Of a stretch of DNA of 64,000 nucleotides, positions 10,575 through 18,691 are shown piece after piece; the stretch's first letter is position 1, and each line of letters starts with the position of its first letter. Below the pieces are notes generated by a model. It was not told where the DNA came from. It saw nothing but the letters and a program-made list of their open reading frames with translations, and did not search any database. Both the position numbers and the translations under genes were made by a program. The stretch is from Candidatus Levyibacteriota bacterium (GTDB taxonomy: Bacteria; Patescibacteriota; Microgenomatia; Levybacterales; UBA12049): positions 3,411 to 67,410 of the forward strand of contig DAIDHK010000001.1 in the NCBI GenBank assembly GCA_027459725.1, given 5' to 3'.

Positions 10575-11630
10575 TTATCTTTCTCTTTTTGGCCAAAAAG
10601 TTTCAGCCGGAAAATCCCGTCTAGTTTCTGCTGATGCCTCTTTATCCCTAGTAATCTGCTGTAACTCATGAATAGTATCACATATTTCTGTCCTATTTCT
10701 TCTTAACATTTCACTACTTAAACGGCGTGAAAATGAGGGCATTAACCAGTTTGGTATATTTCTGTCGAAAAATGAATTTTTGTTTAAACCATTTTGCGCG
10801 ATTACTCTTCCTTCTGATTGTAAGACCTTCATACCTTGCGTATCTATGGAATGAGGAAACAAACCCTCCCGTCTTTCCAGAAGAACATCTTTAATTTCTC
10901 TTTCAATACTTTTTTTACTGCCCTCGTCACAAATTGCTAATCGTTCCCGAAGATCTTGTAAGTGTATTATGGTATCAAACATTTCCCGTCTCCCAAGTGC
11001 AGGATGATCAAAAAAATCCAACAGATGAAAACCGTCATCCTGAGGAGTTTGAACCGCACTTCCCGCAACTACTTCTGCTCCTGCCTCTTCAAGAAGCCTT
11101 GCTCCACCCGGTTTATCTATCCCAAATGTACCTACATTAGCGGTGATAAAGCCAAAGGTGCTATCCTGCATACTTGCTCCAAGCAGGCCGGCTGCATCTA
11201 TCATGGTTCGTCCTGACCAGCCGACATCATCTATAAACAGAGGTCTTGATAAATCCACCCTGTCTCTCATCTCCCTAATTTGTGCAGAACCCAATGACAC
11301 AAAATGTCCTATTCCATCCAACCTTGGCGAAGAAACTACTCTAATACGGCTCAAATGTAAATCATCGCTTACTAAAGTACCAGGAAGCATTCTCTCCAAA
11401 TGCGATCGCATCTGACCTGAGAGGTCAATAACCGAGCTGAAGGTTCTTCTTCTCAACTCATTTTCCAGTACTTTTAAATGAGAAAGAAGATCTACAATCA
11501 CATGTTCAAACTCCGGATGACCGGCACTAGCTACTAAACGCATTGTAAGTACATCCAGTCTCCCCCAATCTTTTGGGTCTGTTCGCAACTTTGCGCTATC
11601 CTGAAACCATAATATTCTTTGTCTGTTCAT
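10575..11630 (-). CDS. Uncharacterised protein with a type I phosphoribosyltransferase PRPP-binding loop
   Basis: PLFIDDVGWSGRTM matches hhhDDhxxSGxT; later GARLLEEAGAEVVAG; long C-terminal helical extension. Confidence 0.6.
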   Translation of the reverse strand: MNRQRILWFQDSAKLRTDPKDWGRLDVLTMRLVASAGHPEFEHVIVDLLSHLKVLENELRRRTFSSVIDLSGQMRSHLERMLPGTLVSDDLHLSRIRVVSSPRLDGIGHFVSLGSAQIREMRDRVDLSRPLFIDDVGWSGRTMIDAAGLLGASMQDSTFGFITANVGTFGIDKPGGARLLEEAGAEVVAGSAVQTPQDDGFHLLDFFDHPALGRREMFDTIIHLQDLRERLAICDEGSKKSIEREIKDVLLERREGLFPHSIDTQGMKVLQSEGRVIAQNGLNKNSFFDRNIPNWLMPSFSRRLSSEMLRRNRTEICDTIHELQQITRDKEASAETRRDFPAETFWPKRER

Positions 11631-11639
11631 ATTTTTTAT

Positions 11640-11692
11640 AAAAAAAACCTCGCCCCTATCTATCCTTTTTAATCAGATAGACAAGGGCGAGG
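11640..11692 (-). terminator. Intrinsic terminator of the T-box leader
   Basis: Minus strand CCTCGCCCTTGTCTATC...GATAGATAGGGGCGAGG followed by T8; overlaps the antiterminator 3' arm. Confidence 0.88.
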
Positions 11693-11975
11693 CTTCTCGC
11701 GGTACCACCTTGTTTTGCTATCACGGCCATAAAAAAATCCCCATCGCGGGGATCTTAAAATTATAGCTAAATAGCCTCATTTCAAATGCTCCGTTTCCGA
11801 CACATTCTTTCTGCTATAACGGGCTTACCCGTAAACCTTAATTGCAATCTGCTTTAGGGTTTCGACTCCAGAGGGTAATTCGAGATTATTAAGTTCGGGG
11901 AGTCTTTCATCAACCGCTCCCTTTCTGTTGTCACCTTAACTCTCTACTAGTTCTCTATCAAAGTCTTTCTTGAAT
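11640..11975 (-). ncRNA. T-box riboswitch (transcriptional), probable specifier UAC (Tyr)
   Basis: Minus strand shows stem I with GA motif (TTGAT AGAG...CTCT GGAG), AGTA/GAA S-turn, AG bulge, GATGAAA distal loop, specifier loop GAATTACC, CCGTTA box, T-box AAGGTGGTACCGCG (11698-11711) and a downstream terminator. Confidence 0.93.
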
Positions 11976-11984
11976 TGTAAGAAT

Positions 11985-12013
11985 ACTATAGCACCTATGC
12001 TCCTACTAGTCAA
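11985..12013 (-). promoter_or_regulatory. Sigma70-type promoter of the T-box leader
   Basis: TTGACT-N17-TATAGT with extended -10 TG. Confidence 0.8.
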
Positions 12014-12751
12014 CTATGAAACTTCCTGAAGCAGTGAATAGTAATGTAGATATACGTTACCCGCAGCCAACACTCCGCCACCCATTGCACCAGATGATTC
12101 ATATGGCGCTATCAGCTGACGCGTCCCCGGGGTCTGGTCCCATAAATAATTGAGTTGCCATCGAACAAGCTTATCTCCTCTTAAATCAGCATGAAGTTCA
12201 CTGCGGGCAGAGTCCCAGACATTCGGATCAAGATTAATATACATGAAATGTCCCTGGGGAAAAAGATTGGAGTGTCCATTAAAGTCACTTCTTCGGGGAG
12301 ACTTACTAAGGTGAGCTGAAACCGCATTACTGGTAAAAATTTCCATACCCTTAATCCCATCAAGCATACGAAGAGTATTTGTCGTATACTTACCATTGTT
12401 GCGGATAACAGCACCATATAAGCTTCTTTTAGCTTTGTTCACATACCTTCTGGTAGCTAGAGCTATTATGTGAGAATATGAGTCATCCAATCCTAAAGAT
12501 ACCACCTGATTTCTAGCAGTATCCAGATCCTCTTTTGGATATCTTTGATGTTTAAAGTATAACTTTATATGATTGTAAAAATCTTCTTCTGTTTTCTCAA
12601 TCCCAGCATTATGATCGAATCCTGCATCGCTATCTCCCAGTCTCTGTCTGATTGTCGCTGTCAAATCAAATCGCTCTACCGGTGTAAGCTGATACCAATT
12701 ATCAAATCCCGCCTCCATATCTGCTAAATTAACTTGCAATAACTTTTCCAT
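12014..12751 (-). CDS. Hypothetical protein
   Basis: About 245-aa open frame, soluble composition, no motif recognised. Confidence 0.6.
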   Translation of the reverse strand: MEKLLQVNLADMEAGFDNWYQLTPVERFDLTATIRQRLGDSDAGFDHNAGIEKTEEDFYNHIKLYFKHQRYPKEDLDTARNQVVSLGLDDSYSHIIALATRRYVNKAKRSLYGAVIRNNGKYTTNTLRMLDGIKGMEIFTSNAVSAHLSKSPRRSDFNGHSNLFPQGHFMYINLDPNVWDSARSELHADLRGDKLVRWQLNYLWDQTPGTRQLIAPYESSGAMGGGVLAAGNVYLHYYSLLQEVS

Positions 12752-12904
12752 GCACAAGATTTTACCTTACTTAAGAAATAACTTCAATCATCATACCGGA
12801 TTCTTTTATCTAAAAAGAAGATTTGAATAGTAATTAGGATCGGCGGGCTGTTCATTACGACTAACTTAGTTTAGGCTATATTGAGTAGTACTTATCAACA
12901 ATGT

Positions 12905-13330
12905 CTATTTATGGGCAGTAGCAATCAGTTTGGATAATATCAAACTAAATTGCTTTTTTTCCTGTGAATTCAGAGTTTCAAAATATGCCGGTTTCATTGC
13001 ATCAATTCTTTTGTCTATTTTATTACACAAATTCTCACCCCTTTTAGTTAGTTTGATCATTTTCTCCCGCCGGTCATCGGGATTTTCCTCACGGGTAATA
13101 AATTTATGATTAAACAATCTATCGACTATGCCGGTTATATTTGAGGCATCACAATTTATTCTTGCAGACAGTGAATTCATAGGAATTGAATTATTATTAG
13201 CTAGTAAACACAGTGTATATAACTGCATAACAGACAATTCAAATTCACCGGCAATATCCATCAAATCATGTTTTGTTAAGAGTGACACCTGAAATAGCTG
13301 CAGATATAAATTATTTTTTATTCCCGACAT
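12905..13330 (-). CDS. MarR-family transcriptional regulator
   Basis: DASNITGIVDRL, REENPDDRR, LTKRG winged-helix motifs. Confidence 0.92.
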   Translation of the reverse strand: MSGIKNNLYLQLFQVSLLTKHDLMDIAGEFELSVMQLYTLCLLANNNSIPMNSLSARINCDASNITGIVDRLFNHKFITREENPDDRREKMIKLTKRGENLCNKIDKRIDAMKPAYFETLNSQEKKQFSLILSKLIATAHK

Positions 13331-13354
13331 AACAGTATCATTATATCTCTAATA

Positions 13355-13399
13355 AATAGTTATTTCAATAGTTGACATCCTTAACAATCTAATTATACT
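13355..13399 (+). promoter_or_regulatory. MFS promoter with overlapping putative MarR operator
   Basis: TTGACA (13372) N16 TATACT (13394); imperfect palindrome ATAGTTGA-catcc-TTAACAAT over the -35. Confidence 0.55.
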
Positions 13400-14839
13400 A
13401 TGATCTATGTTATGAACAAAAACTGGTTAATTTTTTTGCTGGTTACCATTGCGCAGTTTATGGTAGTTCTTGATTCTTCAATAACAAATGTCGCGCTACC
13501 GGCAATAAAACAATCATTAAACTTCAACTCCGATACACTGCAATGGGTAGTAACTGCCTATTCTCTAACATTTGGAGGATTTTTATTACTTGGTGGAAGA
13601 ACAGCTGATCTGTTCGGCCGAAAAAGGACTTTACTTTTTGGTATGAGTACCTTTACAGTTGTCTCATTTACTATCGGTATTAGTCAATCTGCATTTCTAC
13701 TTATATTACTGCGTGGTTTACAGGGTCTGGCAGCCGCCTTTATGTCACCTTCTGCTTTATCAATTGTTTTAACCATTTTCCCTCCAGGAAATGAACGAAA
13801 TAAAGCCTTATCTCTCTGGACAACAGTCGCCACAGGTGGAGCAGCCCTCGGATTACTACTTGGCGGATTCTTAACTGAGTTTATCAACTGGAGATGGAAC
13901 TTTTTTATCAATGTTCCAGTTGGAATTATCATCAGTCTGGCCATAGCCCGCATTCTGCCGGCACATGAACAAGAAGAAAAATCGCATAAACAATTGGATT
14001 TGCTTGGAGCAGGACTTATAACCAGCGGTATTATGATTCTAGTCTTTGCCATCAGTGAAGCCAGTGTTTGGGGTTGGACAAGTATTCCGACATTTGCTCT
14101 CCTAATACTGGCTATTATCCTGCATGTTCTGTTTATCTACCGGGAAAAAACATTTCGCCACCCGCTTATGTCGTTGGATATTTTTACTTCCAGAAATGTG
14201 GTGGGAGCTAATGTTATGATGGCGTTTTTAGCCGGAACTATGTTTGGCAATTTTTATATAACCTCACTCTATTTACAAACGATTCTGCATTATTCTTCAT
14301 TCATAACCGGCTTAAGTTTTTTACCCTTCCCTATCATTTTAGGATTAACATCCTCTCAGACACCCAAGCTTGTAGCCAAATTCGGCTTTAAACCTTTTTT
14401 ATCTATCGGTCCACTTATAGTTGCTATGGGTCTTTTCTCATTAACTATGATGCCGGTAAATGGGAACTACTGGAGTGTGTTACCATCCTTTTTACTTATC
14501 CCTTTTGGTATGGGTCTGACTTTTATGCCTGTATTTCTGGCAGCCACAAGTGGAGTTCCCACTCACAAAGCAGGTCTGGCCTCAGGCTTGATTAATACCT
14601 CCCAGCAGATGGGAGGAGCGGTGGGGCTTGCTATACTGTCAAGTATTGCAGTAGCTGCTACGAATACTATCTCTGGATTATCTAATTCCCCATCTGGAGT
14701 AGTTGCTGGTTATCATATGGCATTTTTAACGACTTTACTTTTTCTGGCAATAACTATTCTGGTCTCACTACTTGTAATAAGATCAAATAAAAATTTTACA
14801 CAGAATTTAAAAGTGGACAGACCAATTCTGGCCGAATAA
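13400..14839 (+). CDS. DHA2 (EmrB/QacA) MFS efflux transporter
   Basis: QFMVVLDSSITNVALP, GGRTADLFGRKR, WRWNFFINVP; true start may be ATG 13412. Confidence 0.92.
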   Translation: MIYVMNKNWLIFLLVTIAQFMVVLDSSITNVALPAIKQSLNFNSDTLQWVVTAYSLTFGGFLLLGGRTADLFGRKRTLLFGMSTFTVVSFTIGISQSAFLLILLRGLQGLAAAFMSPSALSIVLTIFPPGNERNKALSLWTTVATGGAALGLLLGGFLTEFINWRWNFFINVPVGIIISLAIARILPAHEQEEKSHKQLDLLGAGLITSGIMILVFAISEASVWGWTSIPTFALLILAIILHVLFIYREKTFRHPLMSLDIFTSRNVVGANVMMAFLAGTMFGNFYITSLYLQTILHYSSFITGLSFLPFPIILGLTSSQTPKLVAKFGFKPFLSIGPLIVAMGLFSLTMMPVNGNYWSVLPSFLLIPFGMGLTFMPVFLAATSGVPTHKAGLASGLINTSQQMGGAVGLAILSSIAVAATNTISGLSNSPSGVVAGYHMAFLTTLLFLAITILVSLLVIRSNKNFTQNLKVDRPILAE

Positions 14840-14841
14840 CT

Positions 14842-15801
14842 TTAAGATCCTGTTAAACCCCGGACAAACGATACCGCTATCTTTCCTAGTTTTTCAACAT
14901 TATATCCTCCTTCCTGTATGACTAGAGTTGGTAGATCTATTTTTCTAATTTCCTCTCCAATCATACTGAAGCATGGAATTGTTAATTTGAAACCACCAAT
15001 AGGATCATACTCATATGTATCAAAACCCGCTGAGACAACTAAATATTTAGGATTAAAATTATCAATTTCTGCTAATGCTTTTCTGAGGATTTTTAAATAT
15101 TGCCTATCAGTCGTTCCAAGGGATAAAGGGAAATTAATATTGTACCCACGTCCGTCTCCTGACCCCTTCTCTTTTGCGAAACCACTGTTATACGGAAACC
15201 TATCATGCGGATTTGCATGCAGTGAAATATATAATACGTCAGCGCGCTGATAAAAAATATTCTGTGTTCCATTTCCGTGATGAAAATCTATATCTAAAAT
15301 TGCCACTTTGCCTTTCTTTGATAGATAGTTCGCGGCAATAGCTGCATTATTAAAATAACAATATCCTCCCATGCGGTTATGTTCGGCATGATGACCTGGA
15401 GGTCGACACAGACTGTAGATTAATTTTTTACCGTTTAGAATACATTCTGCTCCTGTTAATGCTACATTTACTGAAGTTAAGGCTGCCTCATATGTCCTAC
15501 TAACTAAGGGAGTATAAGTGTCCATAATGTAATATGAGGAAAATAATATATCTTCAGGCAGTATCTTTAACACACGCGCTCTGAGGAAACTTACATACTC
15601 TTTCTGGTGAACAGCTAAAATATATTTAAGCGGAAAAACCTTAGGAGTGTAAAAGGACTTAAACCCATTAGCCTTCAGAGAAGATTCAATACTTTTTATT
15701 CTTTCTGCTTTTTCAGCATATGGTTCTTTTTGTCCGTCATATATTTCATAAACGGGATCGTGAATTGTATGTTTTGCTGAGTAAATAAATTGTATTTCCA
15801 T
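14842..15801 (-). CDS. Histone deacetylase family protein (acetylpolyamine amidohydrolase-like)
   Basis: RPPGHHA, GGYCYFNNAAIAA, DIDFHHGNGTQ, SAGFD, QEGGY all intact. Confidence 0.93.
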   Translation of the reverse strand: MEIQFIYSAKHTIHDPVYEIYDGQKEPYAEKAERIKSIESSLKANGFKSFYTPKVFPLKYILAVHQKEYVSFLRARVLKILPEDILFSSYYIMDTYTPLVSRTYEAALTSVNVALTGAECILNGKKLIYSLCRPPGHHAEHNRMGGYCYFNNAAIAANYLSKKGKVAILDIDFHHGNGTQNIFYQRADVLYISLHANPHDRFPYNSGFAKEKGSGDGRGYNINFPLSLGTTDRQYLKILRKALAEIDNFNPKYLVVSAGFDTYEYDPIGGFKLTIPCFSMIGEEIRKIDLPTLVIQEGGYNVEKLGKIAVSFVRGLTGS

Positions 15802-15802
15802 A

Positions 15803-16861
15803 TTATTTGCACAATTCCATAATTCTGCTCATTTGTGGGTTAGAATAGTATCTTCTTATACTTCCTACAGGCAAATACATAAATGTGAAATCACGCAAAT
15901 TACCATGCTGTTGGGACAAACCATCATTAACACTAACATTCTGTCTTAATATTTGAGGAACAGAATGTACTAATTGGTCACGTAGAGGAATTCTTAGACC
16001 TGCACCCATACCGGCTCTATCGGCACGTGTCTGAAAATTACACTCTGCATATATAAGAGGTAAGTCGTTGAGACTATTCTGTAAATCAGTTAACACATTA
16101 GCGATAAGGTAAGATACACCCGCAGTCTGCAGACCCTGACCTTCATAGCCTGTTTGTGTTTTCCATTCAGTACTTTCTATCAAGTCCAGCTGTCCAGATA
16201 TTGCTGGTATAATCAGTCTTTCAGCCATTGATACACTAATCAACTGTTTGTCATCAGCTATACCGCTAAACCATACTGTACGCTTCTGCGGATCCATTTT
16301 CCTTTCCGTTTTGAGTCTGTGCTGTAGATGCCCAATTTCTTCTCTACTCCAACCAAAGGTTGATCCCCAGAGTTTAAACAGATCGTCTATCTGATCCTCC
16401 TCTATTTCATTAATAAATCGGTATCTTTTACTTCGTATTTTTTCTATCCGTTGTACCGGGGAATAAGTTCCTTCTTTCAAACCGTCCGTCTCCGAGATCA
16501 TCAAATCCATGGGAGTTGGCTGTCCCCTCTCAATATTGTTTTGAGCCAGATAGATAAGCCAGGAAGTCTCATTGGTAAACTCCTGCAAAGGTAAAGCAAC
16601 TTCCAAATTCTTTCTCAAATTATTATTAGCAATATGTTTTATAACAGGATCGGTCACAATACCACGAAAAACTACTCTTCCTATCCTGTGGGAGAATCGC
16701 TCTCTTATTCTATTCAAATGGGAAAAATTGCTTTCGATTTCATCAGTATTATCCGATATTCGTCGTGCATTTATATATAGTCTTTCATTCTGTCGACGTG
16801 ATACTCCCAAACCTCCTGTGCTGGAAAAGATTGGCTCTGATTCATTATTCATATCCAGCAT
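15803..16861 (-). CDS. Divergent GNAT acetyltransferase, AblB/YodP (beta-lysine N-acetyltransferase)-like
   Basis: NERLY near the N-terminus; SVSMAE; IESTEWKTQTGYEGQGL (acetyl-CoA motif A variant); LRQNVSV..G...DFTFMY resembles the AblB C-terminus. Confidence 0.6.
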   Translation of the reverse strand: MLDMNNESEPIFSSTGGLGVSRRQNERLYINARRISDNTDEIESNFSHLNRIRERFSHRIGRVVFRGIVTDPVIKHIANNNLRKNLEVALPLQEFTNETSWLIYLAQNNIERGQPTPMDLMISETDGLKEGTYSPVQRIEKIRSKRYRFINEIEEDQIDDLFKLWGSTFGWSREEIGHLQHRLKTERKMDPQKRTVWFSGIADDKQLISVSMAERLIIPAISGQLDLIESTEWKTQTGYEGQGLQTAGVSYLIANVLTDLQNSLNDLPLIYAECNFQTRADRAGMGAGLRIPLRDQLVHSVPQILRQNVSVNDGLSQQHGNLRDFTFMYLPVGSIRRYYSNPQMSRIMELCK

Positions 16862-16881
16862 TAAAACAAAGCCTTGCTACT

Positions 16882-16938
16882 TTGTAAAATTTTTATTACA
16901 ATTGTACATATTTATTATTATTTGTAATATATTTTACA
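16882..16938. promoter_or_regulatory. Paired inverted TGTAA...TTACA boxes in the divergent intergenic gap (putative operator)
   Basis: TGTAAAATTTTTATTACAA (16883-16901) and TTGTAATATATTTTACA (16922-16938); each is palindromic and they are near reverse complements of each other. Confidence 0.6.
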
Positions 16939-16939
16939 T

Positions 16940-17593
16940 ATGATTCGTATTACTGATGTGGTAGAAGAAATTATTTATGAAGATGGCTTTGTAATTGAAG
17001 CTATTCAACGTGGTGTCTTAAATATCAGCGCTTATGCTAAAAAAATTCATAACGGAGTTGAAACAAAAACTTTTAAACCGGTTAAAATCGGTACGATTAT
17101 AGTAGCTCTAAACAGGATATCAAAAAAAGTTTCCCGAACAAATTCTTTAACGCCTTTTGTAAAAATAAGTACAATGAGCGTGACTTCTTTACTAGCGGAA
17201 ATTTCTTATGAAAAAACCTCCCATACATTGCAACGGTTAAATAATCTTGATAACTCTTTGTTAAAAGACAAAGATTTCTTTACTGTTATAGAAGGGTTAA
17301 ATGAAATAACAATTATTTGTTCAACCGAAGTAAAAGATGCCATATGTAAACATTTCTCGATAAATCCGAAAGTTAAAATTGATAATCTCGTGGCAGTATC
17401 GGTACGTTTTTCATCGGAATATATAAATATACCCAATACAATCTATTCACTAGTCAGTCAGCTGGCAAACAGACATATTAATGTCATAGAAATAGTCTCC
17501 ACATATACCGAACTGACATTTATTGTTTATAAAAATGATATGGAAAGAACTGTTCAGTCACTCAATCATTACTCTCAACTAAAGAATGTATAA
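16940..17593 (+). CDS. ACT-domain amino-acid-binding regulator (N-terminal HTH-like plus ACT domains)
   Basis: GVLNISAYAKKI N-terminal motif; EGLNEITII; PNTIYSLVSQLANRHINVIEIVSTYTELTFIV (aspartokinase-type ACT). Confidence 0.8.
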   Translation: MIRITDVVEEIIYEDGFVIEAIQRGVLNISAYAKKIHNGVETKTFKPVKIGTIIVALNRISKKVSRTNSLTPFVKISTMSVTSLLAEISYEKTSHTLQRLNNLDNSLLKDKDFFTVIEGLNEITIICSTEVKDAICKHFSINPKVKIDNLVAVSVRFSSEYINIPNTIYSLVSQLANRHINVIEIVSTYTELTFIVYKNDMERTVQSLNHYSQLKNV

Positions 17594-17679
17594 ATCAATT
17601 TAATTCTTACCGACCATATTTGCTAGATAGCAATTACTCCTATTTTGACGTTATGTTAAATGAATGTTAAAATTCCCGC

Positions 17680-18552
17680 ATGACTAAAGCTGAAAACCCC
17701 AACTGGGTAAGCGCCGATCTACATACTCTCAAAGAAGTCTATGTAAACCCCCATACAAGTGAATTAATGAGTTTTATAGTTCCACCGGATATTGCAAGAC
17801 GATTACGCAGCGGCAATCCCTATTATTATAATATTGCTACAAGAAGCCGTATCGCACAGATCGGCCTGGAAGTCGGACCATATTCAACCTCAATGGCTCT
17901 TATTGAGCAAACACTTGAACCGCATGGAAAAAAATATAAAGAGAATCATTCAATGTATGCACAAGTTGAAGTCATGAATCATTCAGAAAGAGCAATATAC
18001 GTGCCAGGTGGTATAACCATTTTCCGTTTATTACATAAAGCTTCCAGCTCTCTTAAAGGAGCAGAACTTTTGCGCGCAATCGCTGAAAGAGTTATTAGGG
18101 TAAGTGGAGATTATGGAAAAGACTGGGTATGGGATTTTAGCAATGGCTCAAAAAAAGATGAAGATATTAAAGGCATAAAATTTAAACTGGATCCAGCCTC
18201 GCATAAGTGGATGCCCCCGTCTTCTGATCCTTCACCTCTAAATTTAAATAATATAGTTCAGTTGGGTTCAAGACAGTATAGAGACTATATCGACAGTTTA
18301 CTAGTTCCAATTAGTGCAAGTTCCGAACCATCACTGACAATTTCTGAGACGATATCACAACTCACTCTTAATGGAGCACATGCCTTAATCTACCCCTTAG
18401 TAAAAGTGCTAGCCGAACATGGAAGAACAAAGCATATAAACTCACTGTTTGTGGAAAACGGCAGTAACTGGCGTATAAGAACTGAGACTTTTGGTCCTAC
18501 TACAAAAGAGGATCTGGCCCGTCAAGTAACTATGCATTTCTGGAAGACATGA
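17680..18552 (+). CDS. Divergent dCTP deaminase/dUTPase-fold protein, possibly two-domain
   Basis: ATRSRIAQIGLEV and VEVMNHSERAIYVPGGITIFRL; the second half has HINSLFVENGSNWRIRTE. Promoter TTGACG-N17-TAAAAT ends 6 nt before the ATG. Confidence 0.5.
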   Translation: MTKAENPNWVSADLHTLKEVYVNPHTSELMSFIVPPDIARRLRSGNPYYYNIATRSRIAQIGLEVGPYSTSMALIEQTLEPHGKKYKENHSMYAQVEVMNHSERAIYVPGGITIFRLLHKASSSLKGAELLRAIAERVIRVSGDYGKDWVWDFSNGSKKDEDIKGIKFKLDPASHKWMPPSSDPSPLNLNNIVQLGSRQYRDYIDSLLVPISASSEPSLTISETISQLTLNGAHALIYPLVKVLAEHGRTKHINSLFVENGSNWRIRTETFGPTTKEDLARQVTMHFWKT

Positions 18553-18555
18553 GAA

Positions 18556-18687
18556 TTACTCACAGCAGGGATCTTTGAATCCACAATTCTTACAATATGC
18601 ATCCCGGCTACCTGGCATATCCCCCATTAATTCATTACAATTAGGACATACCTGTGCTCGAATAATTACCTTAGCGGGAAATTCCAT
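18556..18687 (-). CDS. 43-aa zinc-ribbon microprotein
   Basis: MEFPAKVIIRAQVCPNCNELMGDMPGSRDAYCKNCGFKDPCCE; ATG 4 nt after the GT-C stop. Confidence 0.7.
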   Translation of the reverse strand: MEFPAKVIIRAQVCPNCNELMGDMPGSRDAYCKNCGFKDPCCE

Positions 18688-18691
18688 AAAT

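Noticed and set aside
16883-16900. TyrR box (TGTAAA-N6-TTTACA)
   Set aside because: Only a near match, with no TyrR-like gene in the window; the adjacent ACT regulator is the simpler explanation.
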